64,000 nucleotides of DNA, taken from contig CBDCRP010000003.1 of NCBI GenBank assembly GCA_965221165.1, forward strand, positions 1,216,001-1,280,000, in the 5' to 3' direction. Made by a program: the position numbers and the translations under genes. Origin of the DNA: a bacterium. Its GTDB lineage: Bacteria > UBA8248. Below the pieces are notes generated by a model. It made no database searches. It was given only the letters and a program-made list of their open reading frames with translations, and was not told the DNA's origin. Of this stretch, positions 32,236 through 42,206 are shown one piece after another (position 1 is the first letter of the stretch; each line of letters opens with the position of its first letter).

Positions 32236-32602
32236 GGATTTCGACGAACGTGCGGACATCGGTCGCGCGATTCTCGATGGCTTCGAGACCGATGCGCGCG
32301 AGTGCATTCTCGGAGAGACCCCAACGAATCATCTTCTTTCGCATCTTGTCGTATTCGTGGCAGGCGGTCAGGCCAACCTCGGCTGCCTCGAGATTGCGGA
32401 CCGTCTGCTCTGTCGGGGATGCCAGGACCATTTGCTTTGCAATAAAGTGCTCCCGCATCACGTGATCGCATTGAAACATCAACTCCTTGTACTGCTCGGC
32501 ATAGACGGACTCGGCAATAGCAGGGGCGAGATACCGCTCAGCGCCAAAGGCGATTACGGTTAAGATAGCCAAGACGTTGGCCGCAAGTAGAATTCGTTTC
32601 AT
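32219..32602 (-). CDS. His-Xaa-Ser system-associated small protein (TIGR03982-like)
   Basis: YKELMFQCDHVMREHFIAK...LTACHEYDKMRK; immediately upstream of the MauG-like gene. Confidence 0.7.
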   Translation of the reverse strand: MKRILLAANVLAILTVIAFGAERYLAPAIAESVYAEQYKELMFQCDHVMREHFIAKQMVLASPTEQTVRNLEAAEVGLTACHEYDKMRKKMIRWGLSENALARIGLEAIENRATDVRTFVEIHEIRY

Positions 32603-33009
32603 TTTTCGACAATCCCTAATGATTGGAGTGTAAACTCGTCGAGATTTCCGGAAGAACGAAGGCCGTGAGCGCGCTGGTATCGGAAAAGCGCTGCCTTGAA
32701 CCTTGCGGTAACCCGGTCGTCAAGCCGACCGACTTGATATCCCAGCCTCAGCAAGATTGATTTGGCCAATTTAACGGAGACGGTATTGTGATGCTCCCGA
32801 TGGCCAGGAGCGATGGCAGGACTTGTCGGCAACACGGAATCCCGGGGGGTGCTGCGCTCGTTCCGATGCTCGGGGGTCACGGCCTCCTTTTCTGACGAGG
32901 GCGTGAAAACTGGTACTGAGACCTCCGCGTAGGCAGGGAACTGTGAGGCGAGCAAGATTATGAATACTGCGATGAACAAACTAGCGTTGAACATAAGCCA
33001 CGATCTCAT
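32599..33009 (-). CDS. Exported peptidoglycan-binding domain protein
   Basis: Signal peptide; LLRLGYQVGRLD...ALFRYQRAHGLRSSGNLDEFTLQSLG. Confidence 0.75.
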   Translation of the reverse strand: MRSWLMFNASLFIAVFIILLASQFPAYAEVSVPVFTPSSEKEAVTPEHRNERSTPRDSVLPTSPAIAPGHREHHNTVSVKLAKSILLRLGYQVGRLDDRVTARFKAALFRYQRAHGLRSSGNLDEFTLQSLGIVEK

Positions 33010-33540
33010 TGAACTGTATAAGATACCTAACCATTCCGCCCAGATGTTTGTAGAATTACTCTTGATGATGAAACACTACTACTATAACGTGTCGCGAGGA
33101 ACAAAGAATAGAGCAACCGCCCCGATATTACTCTTATAGTTGGGTTTGGTGAACAGTATTTCCAGGACTCCTATGGATTTCACCTGGAGCGGAGTTGTAT
33201 GTCACGCGTTGTTAAGTTTATTGAGGAACTAGGGCACGTAATTATATAAAGACATTGTCCTATGCCAATAGACGCATGGACCGATGTTTGGTTTGTGGTT
33301 TCACCCTCTCCTGAAAGATGGTACGAACAGGTCTTGGCTGGTATCTTGCCGTTATCCAACGACTATATTGTCGTGGAGACGCACACGAGGATGCTCCAAC
33401 CAGGGGTTCTGAAAAGGAGTTCCGTTGGAGCTTGGAATTGAAGGGCCAAAAGTCTTACACATGGTCATTGGCATTAAGATTCACTTATGAGCATCGTGCT
33501 TGGGAGCAAGCCGTTGACCCATGCTCAACGAAATACAGTG

Positions 33541-35037
33541 ATGTTCCATGAAGCACGAGCATTTCAACCGCTCTCTGCGGCTTATGAAATTCTCCCATTT
33601 AGGTACGCAAGATTACCTAGTCTACCCGGCCAAGTCCTCCTAACGTCTGCGGTAGGAGAGTATCTTTTTGTTTCCGAGGAAGATTTCTCCAAACTGAAAA
33701 ATCATGATCTGGAGCGTAATAGCGAGCTGTACCGTGATTTGCGAACCCGGCAGATAGTCTGCGACATCGAGCGAGGGCCGTTCCTGCAGGGATTGGAGGC
33801 TCAACTCCGAACCCGGAAACATTTTGTTAACGAAGATCCGGCTCTGCATATCTTTGTTCTTACCCTCAGATGCGACCATCGCTGCCACTACTGCCAAGTC
33901 ACACCCCAGCACACTTCGGCATTTGGCTTCGATATGGATGAGTCGACCGCGGATGCCGCACTCGACTTGGTTTTTGAATCGCGGGCCGAAGTGCTCACCA
34001 TCGAGTTTCAGGGTGGCGAGGCAGCGCTTGCTTTCTGCCGACTTTGCCGGATCGTGGAACGCGCGAGGGCTCGGGCAAAGAGAACTGGTCGGCAGGTCCG
34101 GTTTGTTATGGCCACGACCCTGCACCTGATGACCGATGACATGCTGGCTTACTGCCACAACCAAGGTGTCGAGTTGTCTACATCGCTTGATGGACCGCGG
34201 AACGTCCACAACGCGAACCGCCCCAATCCCACACGAGATTCGTTCGAGCGGACTATCGAAGGAATTACGAGGGCTCGCAAAGTGCTAGGCCATGATCGCG
34301 TCGCATCTCTAGCTACTGTCACCAGGCACAGCCTACCGTTTCCACGGGAAATCGTGAATACCTACGTCGAATTGGGGTTCGATTCAATCTCGCTCAGGCC
34401 GATCAGTCCATTCGGTTTCGCGGTGAAGACCGGCCAAAAACTCGGTTATACGACCGAAGAATACCTGCGATTTTACCGCGAAGCGTTGAACCACCTCATT
34501 GAGGTCAACCTCGCGGGACACACAATAGAAGAGTCGTATGCCACCCTTCTATTGACCAGAATCTTGACGCCTTTCCCGACGAGCTACGTCGACCTGCAAT
34601 CGCCGGCAGCCGCGGGGAGAAACGTTCTCGTCTACAACTACGATGGAGGCGTGTACGTTTCCGACGAGGGCCGGATGCTGGCGGAGATGGGGGATGACCG
34701 ATTCCGTATGGGCTCGGTCCATGACTCGTTGGCGACGCTTTGGGCATCCGATGCCATGAGGATCATCAAGGAAACGGGTAATGCCGAAACGCTTCCGGTG
34801 TGCTCGGACTGCGCCTTCGTTCCGTATTGCGGAGCCGATCCTGTTTTTCACGTGGCGACACAGAACGACCCGATCGGGCACCGACCGACGAGCGAATTCT
34901 GCCAACGTCACACGGGCCTGTTTTATGTCCTCTTTGAGTTCCTCGCTGCGCGAGATCCAGATGTCCTGAGGGTATTCCTGTCATGGATGACGCGTCGAAC
35001 CGTCTCGGAGTTGTCCCATCCGGGATATAGGGGATAG
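33541..35037 (+). CDS. hxsB: His-Xaa-Ser system radical SAM/SPASM maturase HxsB
   Basis: LHIFVLTLRCDHRCHYCQV, IEFQGGE, YVDLQSPA, SDEGRMLAEMGD, CSDCAFVPYCGADPV; start may be 33487. Confidence 0.88.
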   Translation: MFHEARAFQPLSAAYEILPFRYARLPSLPGQVLLTSAVGEYLFVSEEDFSKLKNHDLERNSELYRDLRTRQIVCDIERGPFLQGLEAQLRTRKHFVNEDPALHIFVLTLRCDHRCHYCQVTPQHTSAFGFDMDESTADAALDLVFESRAEVLTIEFQGGEAALAFCRLCRIVERARARAKRTGRQVRFVMATTLHLMTDDMLAYCHNQGVELSTSLDGPRNVHNANRPNPTRDSFERTIEGITRARKVLGHDRVASLATVTRHSLPFPREIVNTYVELGFDSISLRPISPFGFAVKTGQKLGYTTEEYLRFYREALNHLIEVNLAGHTIEESYATLLLTRILTPFPTSYVDLQSPAAAGRNVLVYNYDGGVYVSDEGRMLAEMGDDRFRMGSVHDSLATLWASDAMRIIKETGNAETLPVCSDCAFVPYCGADPVFHVATQNDPIGHRPTSEFCQRHTGLFYVLFEFLAARDPDVLRVFLSWMTRRTVSELSHPGYRG

Positions 35038-35040
35038 AGA

Positions 35041-36252
35041 GTGCTACCACTTCATACCCAAGCCAGAGTTCGTGGCGTGCGGAACAAGGCCATCGTTAAG
35101 GTCCTGACGGAGAAAGAAGCGACAAAGTCCGACATCGATCCAGAGCGCTGCCTCATCTGGTGGGACAGTGCGGAGAATACCGGCCCGCCGATGATTGAAA
35201 GGCATTGGGCCGGCGTTGTAGCCAGACACGACATATTGGATGCGTCCGGAGGCGGGATCGTGGTCGATAGCATAGAGACGCAGGGCGCAATCGCCCCCGG
35301 TGATGTCGTTCGCTTGTTAGAAGGCAGTTCCCGGGTGTCGGTACTCTATCGCCGAGGGTCCAATAGCAACACGCTGCTAGCGACGGAAAGGTGCAACAGC
35401 TTCTGCGTGATGTGCTCGCAGCCGCCGCGGGAAGTCGATGATCGATGGCTCGTCGACGAGATGCTTGAGACTATCCCGCTGGTTGATCGCGATGAGAGCC
35501 AACTCGGCATTAGCGGCGGGGAGCCGACCCTGCTTGGCGACGACTTGCTCGTCGTCTTGCATCAAGCCCGACAACACCTTCCGGACACCGGGCTTGATAT
35601 CCTTTCCAACGGGCGCCGGTTCTCGGACAAGGAATTCGCGCGAACGGTCAACGCCATCAGGCATCCGAATCTGACATGGGCCATTCCCGTCTATTCGGAT
35701 TGCCCTGAAATACACGACTACATCGTTCAAGCGAGAGGTGCCTGGGACGAGACGCTCATGGGCCTATATAATCTCGCGAAATTCGACGCGAACATCGAAA
35801 TCCGCATCGTCGTTCAGCACGCCAACTTCGCGCGGCTCGGCGAACTGGCGTATTTCATCTTCAGAAACCTGACCTTTGCGAAGCACATCGCCTTTATGGG
35901 TCTGGAGCCGATCGGATTCGCACGAACCAATTACGAGAAAGTGTGGGTCGATCCGGTCGATTGCATGGATACGCTGAAAGATGCGGTATTTTTTCTGTCG
36001 AATCGGGGCATGAACGTCTCTCTTTACAATTTCCCCCTCTGTACTGTCCCGGAGGAGCTATGGCCATTTGCCCAACAAAGCATATCGGACTGGAAAAACA
36101 CTTATCTTTCGCAATGTGGCGAATGTGATATGCAGAAGCGATGTTGTGGATTTTTCGCAACTATAAACCAACGGTGGATTAGTCGTGCCATTCGTCCGAT
36201 ATCGAGATCCGGAAACTCTAACGTGTCGCAAGGTAAAGGAGTCGGCCCATGA
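35041..36252 (+). CDS. hxsC: His-Xaa-Ser system radical SAM maturase HxsC
   Basis: TERCNSFCVMCSQPP, HDYIVQARGA, FMGLEPIGFA, QSISDWKN..CGEC..CCGFF. Confidence 0.88.
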   Translation: MLPLHTQARVRGVRNKAIVKVLTEKEATKSDIDPERCLIWWDSAENTGPPMIERHWAGVVARHDILDASGGGIVVDSIETQGAIAPGDVVRLLEGSSRVSVLYRRGSNSNTLLATERCNSFCVMCSQPPREVDDRWLVDEMLETIPLVDRDESQLGISGGEPTLLGDDLLVVLHQARQHLPDTGLDILSNGRRFSDKEFARTVNAIRHPNLTWAIPVYSDCPEIHDYIVQARGAWDETLMGLYNLAKFDANIEIRIVVQHANFARLGELAYFIFRNLTFAKHIAFMGLEPIGFARTNYEKVWVDPVDCMDTLKDAVFFLSNRGMNVSLYNFPLCTVPEELWPFAQQSISDWKNTYLSQCGECDMQKRCCGFFATINQRWISRAIRPISRSGNSNVSQGKGVGP

Positions 36253-36815
36253 AATGGCATAACAAATTGTTGCAAAATTTACGTTGGCTCGCGTTGGCCG
36301 TTGCTGGTGTGACGACAGCTACATTGGGAGCCAATGCTGCCGTTGGACATGAAACAGGTTCCGGGGAACGCAATGCTATAGACGATGAGCCGATCCTTTT
36401 GCCAAATACACTGAACGCGACCGCCGCCGACCGCTACGCCGCTCACCGCTCCCACAGTAGTCACAGGAGTCACCGCTCAAGCAGCGGAGGTGGAAGTCGT
36501 AGCGTACCTTCCACGCCTGCACCTCGACCTCAGTACATCCCACCACCACCCGCCCCGGCTCCATCGACAACACCAAGCGTAATACCACAAACGGAACAAC
36601 GGCTCCCGAAACCCACTCCCAAGGACTTGTCCATGGTGGTGGTCAGGGTTCAAGCGGCACTCATGCGCCGTGGCTACTATAACGGAGACATCGACGGTCG
36701 GTTGGGACCCAAGATGCGAGCGGCGCTCTACGCGTTTCAGAAAGCCCAAGGCATTGCCCAGACAGGGCGTATGGATATCGAAACGCTCACGAGGCTGGGT
36801 ATTTCGATACCGTAA
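36249..36815 (+). CDS. hxsA: His-Xaa-Ser repeat precursor HxsA with a C-terminal peptidoglycan-binding domain
   Basis: AHRSHSSHRSHRSS; N-terminal signal-like segment; Pro-rich linker; VQAALMRRGYYNGDIDG...FQKAQGI..TG. Confidence 0.85.
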   Translation: MKWHNKLLQNLRWLALAVAGVTTATLGANAAVGHETGSGERNAIDDEPILLPNTLNATAADRYAAHRSHSSHRSHRSSSGGGSRSVPSTPAPRPQYIPPPPAPAPSTTPSVIPQTEQRLPKPTPKDLSMVVVRVQAALMRRGYYNGDIDGRLGPKMRAALYAFQKAQGIAQTGRMDIETLTRLGISIP

Positions 36816-37206
36816 GAATTCGGGTAGATGGAATCTATACATAACAGAACCAGCTTTACGAAGTGTTTGAGTACTCGCTAAGGAGAAGATCGCACATTAA
36901 TAGGAACAAGCATCGCTCACAAAATATTCCCTCCGTCTTGGAAATCAAATCAAAAAGAACAAACAAATGGTTTCTAACAAACTCCATGCAAATTGGCGAA
37001 ATGGGGCAAAAAGGTTCTGGGTGACCACTAGATGGTCGTAAGCGTTACATCAATAAGAAAGCGTGATACGGCGGCAATTGGCAGCCGGTACAAAACCTGT
37101 TAAAGGACTGCCGCTTGTTGGGACGGTGGTTTAAGCGTGGAACGAGCGCAGAGGAATCCATCAAATTCAAAACTGCCGTAGGCAGATCAGATTTCAGAAA
37201 TATGAC

Positions 37207-37776
37207 TTGCAGGGGGAATGCTTGGTGTCTGAAAACAAGAACGAAGTAGAGAGTTGGGATGCGGATTCCATGATTTGGAATGCGAAGTCGTTGCAACGTG
37301 TTGCGAAGGAATTGGAAAGGAAAGGGTCCGAGTCTCCACAGCAGGACTCATTTCTTTTTTGTGGAATATCGTTGGCGAGTCCAATCTTATTGTCGCTGGC
37401 GACTGAGATCGCACTGAAAGCATGGCAATGCCGGGAACGGAAGGGAAAGCCTGAGAAAACCCATGACTTGCTGAAGCTGTTCAACGAATTAGAGTCGAGG
37501 ACTCAAGAAATACTGGAAGCAAGGATGCGAAAACTCAGCCCACACTCGGTGTGGGCGGAGGATCCAAGCATGCAGAACCTTGACGCAGACTTGCAGGACA
37601 TGATGGGAGCAAGGAGGCATCACCTTCGAGACGTTTTGTGTTCTCACAGGGATGCCCACACACACTGGAGGTTCATCCACGAAGACCCAAGAGGTGTGTT
37701 TGAAACAGCCGAGATTGATCGGGCGCTAACGGTCATAATCGACGCCTACGAAAAGAGGAAGGAAGAGGTGACCTAA
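37207..37776 (+). CDS. HEPN-like hypothetical protein
   Basis: SLATEIALKA...KTHDLLKLF...WRF pattern. Confidence 0.55.
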   Translation: MQGECLVSENKNEVESWDADSMIWNAKSLQRVAKELERKGSESPQQDSFLFCGISLASPILLSLATEIALKAWQCRERKGKPEKTHDLLKLFNELESRTQEILEARMRKLSPHSVWAEDPSMQNLDADLQDMMGARRHHLRDVLCSHRDAHTHWRFIHEDPRGVFETAEIDRALTVIIDAYEKRKEEVT

Positions 37777-37974
37777 GGCACAGATGACAGCAGTGCTCCG
37801 CTCTGCGCCGGAGTTTTAATTCGTTCGTTTCCGTTTTGATTACATTCTTCGGTAGGCGAATTCCAGACGGGATCAGGAACTATCAACCTTTCCAAATAAT
37901 ATCAATACGATATCGGGATTTTACGGCCGATGGAAATCCCCCACTGTCTGGAAACGGGCAGATTAGGCGAAGTA

Positions 37975-38100
37975 GCGCGCAGCCATTGTAATCGACTGCA
38001 TCAAACGGGGCGAGGATCCTGTCGCTGCATCGCCCGAGGCCAAGCCCCACGGTGGCCGGCCTTGCCGAGCGCTTAATGCGCGTGCAAGTGAGCTCGCACT
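37975..38100 (+). pseudogene. Fragment of an integrase paralogous to those at 16.6-19 kb
   Basis: Reads ...IVIDCIKRGEDPVAASPEAKPHGGR/TVAGLAERL, matching IDRIKRGEDPV of integrase 1. Confidence 0.5.
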
Positions 38101-38109
38101 GCGTGTCTG

Positions 38110-38511
38110 ATACTCGCTCAAGAACGAAGGAGGCGATGAGCGTTTTCTCGCCACCTAGGAGGCGAATTACCCGAAAGCCGTCGAATGCCTGGCCAGGAAC
38201 CGCGAGGAGTTGCTCGCCTTCTACGACTTCCCGGCGGCGCATTGGCATAGTCTTCGGAACACAAACCCCACCGAGGCGACCTTCGCCACAATACGGCTGC
38301 GAACGGCGATGACCAGTAACTATCTAAGCGAGAAGCCGATGTTGAGTCTCGTGCATCAAACTTCCATGAGCTCCCAGAAGCGATGGCCCCGGCTAAGCGG
38401 CTTCCGTCATCTGGCAATCGTGATCGCCAAAGTGAGATTTATCAAAGGTGCGGACGAAACAGAAACCGTCAGGTGGGCCGTTGGATTCAGAACGACCATA
38501 CACAAGATTTG
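38110..38511 (+). pseudogene. IS256-family transposase 3' remnant with its right terminus
   Basis: LAFYDFPAAHWHSLRNTNPTEATFATIRLRT; ends in TACACAAGATTTG. Confidence 0.75.
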
Positions 38512-39887
38512 TGTATGGACGCGCCCAAGATTGCAAGCGTTGGCCTGAAGGGTTCGGTGCGTTGTGGTCAGACTCAGTCGTGTATACGGCCTCTCGATTG
38601 CGGCGTTTCAATTGCCGCGGGCCCGTATGGAGATGCGAGGATCGGGTCTGAATCGACAGTGCGAGCTTGAAAAACTCCCCAATCTTGTCCTGGTTTTCCC
38701 GACCCCGTCTCAATGACCGTTCGCCCCTACCTCCTCATTCGGCCTGCTCACATTCCCGCCGTGCTCCGCTCGCCTGCCGCTCAGGCGGCCGGCGCCGGCT
38801 CCCGGTAGAATTCTCTGTTCGTCATCAGCGCCCAGGCGATGCGCGCCATCCTGTTGGCCAGCGCCACCGCAACCAGCATCTTGGGCTTACGCGCCGGCAT
38901 GCGGGCCAGCCACGATCCGGGAGGCGCGCCTCGCCGGGCCGCCCAGCGCACCACGCTCATCGCGCCCGTGATCAACAACCGCCTCACGTCGCGCCGGCCC
39001 ATCTTCGATATCCTGCCCAGCCGCGGCTTGCCTCCGGTCGAGTGCTGCCGCGGCACGAGCCCGAGCCAGGCGGAGAAGTCCCGCCCGCGACGGAAGCTTG
39101 CCATCGGCGGCGCAAAGGCCTGGATCGCCGACGCGCAGACCGGACCGACCCCCGGAATGCTCATCAGCCGTCTCGCCTCTTCGTCCTCGCGGGCGCTCGT
39201 GCGGAGTCGCCTCTCTCAACTCCTGTATCTTCTCCTTCAGGCCGGCTATATGCGCGAGCAGAACTTCGCCCAGTTCGCGGACCGCCTCGGGCAGCCCCGA
39301 GCCCGGATTTGCAACGGCCGACGCCGGCCGCGCGAGGTGGGCGCGACCTTGCGGAGCGATGACGCCGAACTCCGCCAGATGGCCCCGCAGGGCGTTGATC
39401 GCCTGCGTGCGCTGACGCACCAGAAGATCGCGCGTGCGGAACAGCATCCCCCGGGCCTGCTGCGCTTCGCTCTTCACCGCTACGAACCTCATGCTCGGGC
39501 GGGAAGCCGCCTCGCAGATAGCCTCCGCGTCCGCAGCGTCGTTCTTGTGGCGTTTGACAAAAGGCTTCACGTAGACCGGCGGCACGAGCTTCACCTCGTG
39601 GCCGAGCTTGCCGATCTCGCGGCCCCAGTAGTGCGCGCCCGCGCATGCCTCCATCACTACCAGGCAATGCGGTTGTAACGCCAGAAAGCCGAGCATCTTC
39701 GTCCTGACGAGCTTTTTCCGGAACGCGACCGACCCGTCCGCGCGCGCGCCGTGGAGTTGAAAACTCTGTTTCGCCAAGTCGATACCGATAATGTGGACCT
39801 ATTCCATGGACAACCCTCCTGTAGGGCGGCAAACTATGTTACCTTGCCCTAGTGTGATGTTGCCGGGAGGGCGCGTCCATCCCATCG
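38512..39887 (-). mobile_element. IS110-family (IS1111 group) element, transposase inactivated
   Basis: Subterminal IRs ATGGACGCGCCC at 38515 and 39869-39880; tnp GIDLAK..MEAC..KNDAADAEAI..SIPGVGP..STGGK; TAG at codon 3 and a frameshift near 39200; 3' non-coding region 38515-38780. Confidence 0.88.
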
Positions 39888-40006
39888 ACTGTAACCCGAA
39901 AATTCTCTTTATGAATGCTAATTGACAAAATTTCAAATTAATTGTCTCCTAGTAATCTGAGATACAGAAATTAGACAAGAATTGTTGGTAGTATCAATGG
40001 TTTCAT

Positions 40007-40357
40007 TTGAACATGGAGTCTACCTCTTTCTTGAAAAACCTCCTGCCCGATAATTGGGGAAATTTAATACCCGGCGTATTAGCTATTATTGTTGTTCAAG
40101 CAGGCGTATGGATTCGCCGTTTAAATCCTTCGAAAAAGATTGAATTCTCAAGCAAGAAATTTCACATATGTGCGTCCTGTTTAACTTCCTTTATCGGACT
40201 TGTAATCGCCTGGTATTATGCCGTTGTAATCTCGGTCCCACAAGAAATGATTAAACATATTCCTGAAATCTTTGTTGCAATGGCTTTTATGGAAGGGGCA
40301 ATTGATGTTCCAGATTTCGTTCGAGAATACCTAGGAAGGAGTCGAAACGATGTTTAG
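40007..40357 (+). CDS. Low-GC small membrane protein
   Basis: Three hydrophobic segments. Confidence 0.5.
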   Translation: MNMESTSFLKNLLPDNWGNLIPGVLAIIVVQAGVWIRRLNPSKKIEFSSKKFHICASCLTSFIGLVIAWYYAVVISVPQEMIKHIPEIFVAMAFMEGAIDVPDFVREYLGRSRNDV

Positions 40358-40369
40358 GAATGACTGAAA

Positions 40370-41233
40370 ATGGAATTCTTGGTGGGATTCTTGTCCGTAC
40401 TTCTGATTTCTGCATTCATCGTAGATTGGATGCTAAAAGATGAAGTTCTTGTTTCTCAAAGTTCCGAACTAAAGAAATTCTCATTAGGAACTGATGAATT
40501 CGCATATCATCAACAAATTGGATTTGTTAACAAGCAATTTTGCCTTATTTTTGACGCAATATACGGAAAGCACACTTGGTCCTGGAAGAGATTTTTTAGA
40601 TCTACCGCCCTCAGCCTATTTTTTGTTTTATTTTCCATTTTGCTCATCGGCATTGAAAATTCGTACCTTGCACCATCAACCAAAAAATTTGTCGGCCCAA
40701 ACAGAACAGATCACATCATAGCTATATCTTTAATATTCGGATGCTATAACGTTGTCATTGATTTTATATCCTTACTGGAAACACGTTGGGTATTGGGGCG
40801 CGCCCAAAATGCGGGGAAAATTGCTCTTGGTATGTGGATTGCCGTTGATCTCATCTTAACGAGTGCAATTTATATAGTTTCTTTTCCCACGATGTTTGCA
40901 ATCTTAAGTCTACTTTTTGACGCTCAAGATTCTGGGCCATATCTTAAAGATATTCAAGAATTGTTTATTTCTGTTTTAAAAGTATTTTTCTCACAGAATA
41001 AAGCATTACCATTCTTTATTTCTACATTCGGAACGTCCATTGTTTGGTACATGTTTCTTTTTTTTGTTTTCCTTGTAAAATTTTTAAGACGTAATTCTAG
41101 AATGCTCAAAATTGCGTTTGATATTATCTCTGAGAGTGCTACACCTGCTCGTTTAGTAGTAGTGCTTTTCTCATTTCCCATTATCGCGTTTTTCGTCGTT
41201 CTCAAAGGTATTAACTGGTTAGCCTCGAATTGA
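40370..41233 (+). CDS. Low-GC multi-pass membrane protein
   Basis: ~6 TMs; FDAIYGKHTWSWKRFFRS, DFISLLETR. Confidence 0.65.
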   Translation: MEFLVGFLSVLLISAFIVDWMLKDEVLVSQSSELKKFSLGTDEFAYHQQIGFVNKQFCLIFDAIYGKHTWSWKRFFRSTALSLFFVLFSILLIGIENSYLAPSTKKFVGPNRTDHIIAISLIFGCYNVVIDFISLLETRWVLGRAQNAGKIALGMWIAVDLILTSAIYIVSFPTMFAILSLLFDAQDSGPYLKDIQELFISVLKVFFSQNKALPFFISTFGTSIVWYMFLFFVFLVKFLRRNSRMLKIAFDIISESATPARLVVVLFSFPIIAFFVVLKGINWLASN

Positions 41234-41442
41234 TGAGCTCTAATTATTAGCTCGACAAGGCGCAAGGTATCTTTCCTTAAAATTTGTTCACAGTGGTAGA
41301 GCAAACATTGAAAGATAAACACAATAGGTGAAGCAAAATAGGTTCTTAAAACCTACGTCCGAGTCTTCGAGCAAACTTACTTTACTAATTTATCAAACCA
41401 TACTGAGAGAGCTTGCTGCGCAAATTACGGAGGAGTTACTGT

Positions 41443-41790
41443 CGATGGGATGGACGCGCCCTCCCGGCAACATCACACTTGGGCGAGACGACATCGTCTA
41501 CCGCCCAGCAGGGAGGAACGACCATGGAACAGGTTCACGTCATCGGAATCGATCTGGCGAAACAGGGTTTTCAACTCCACGGAGCTCGCGCGGACGGGTC
41601 GATCGCGTTCCGGAAGAAGTTGAGCAGAGTGAAGGTGTTGGGCTTTCTGGTGTCGCAACCAAGTTGTCTGGTGGCGATGGAGGCATGTGCGGGCGCGCAC
41701 TACTGGGGCCGCGAGATTGGCAATTACGGCCATGAGGTGAAGCTGATACCGCCAGTCTACGTGAAGCCGTTTGTGAAGTGCCAGTCATAT
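41443..41790 (+). pseudogene. Truncated IS1111-group element (left end plus tnp 5' part)
   Basis: CGATGGGATGGACGCGCCC left end; MEQVHVIGIDLAK...YVKPFVK, then breaks. Confidence 0.85.
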
Positions 41791-42206
41791 TAAGACACTT
41801 CTCTACGTTATTGAAAGCAATAGGTTTTTGTTCAATATCCGGTGCCGGCGGGGATGCTCCTTTTTCTGCGCCTGGGCAACCTCTAACAGTTCGAGTGCAT
41901 CTGCTGATATCACCCGGGGCGCGCCTTTGCAGGCCTGACGGGCCGGAACAACGCCGCGCTTGATCAGACGGGTTATTGTCCTGGTGCTGTCGTTGAGCCT
42001 TGCTGTGGCTCTAATAGGGCTCTTCGTTGTGATCGGTGATCCGATAGGCACTAGACCCTTCTGCATAGTCTTGATGCAGTTATAGAACTTAGTCTGACAC
42101 ATGATCGAAAGTGCTCGTCGAGCAGTGTTCTGTCCAAGTGCTCGCCGAAGCCGTTGGATTTGGGTCGGCGGACCTTCGTCTTGCTGTGTTCAATTTCATG
42201 AGCGCC

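Noticed and set aside
33318-33551. Possible hxsD upstream of hxsB
   Set aside because: No resemblance to HxsD that I can recognise; probably spurious.
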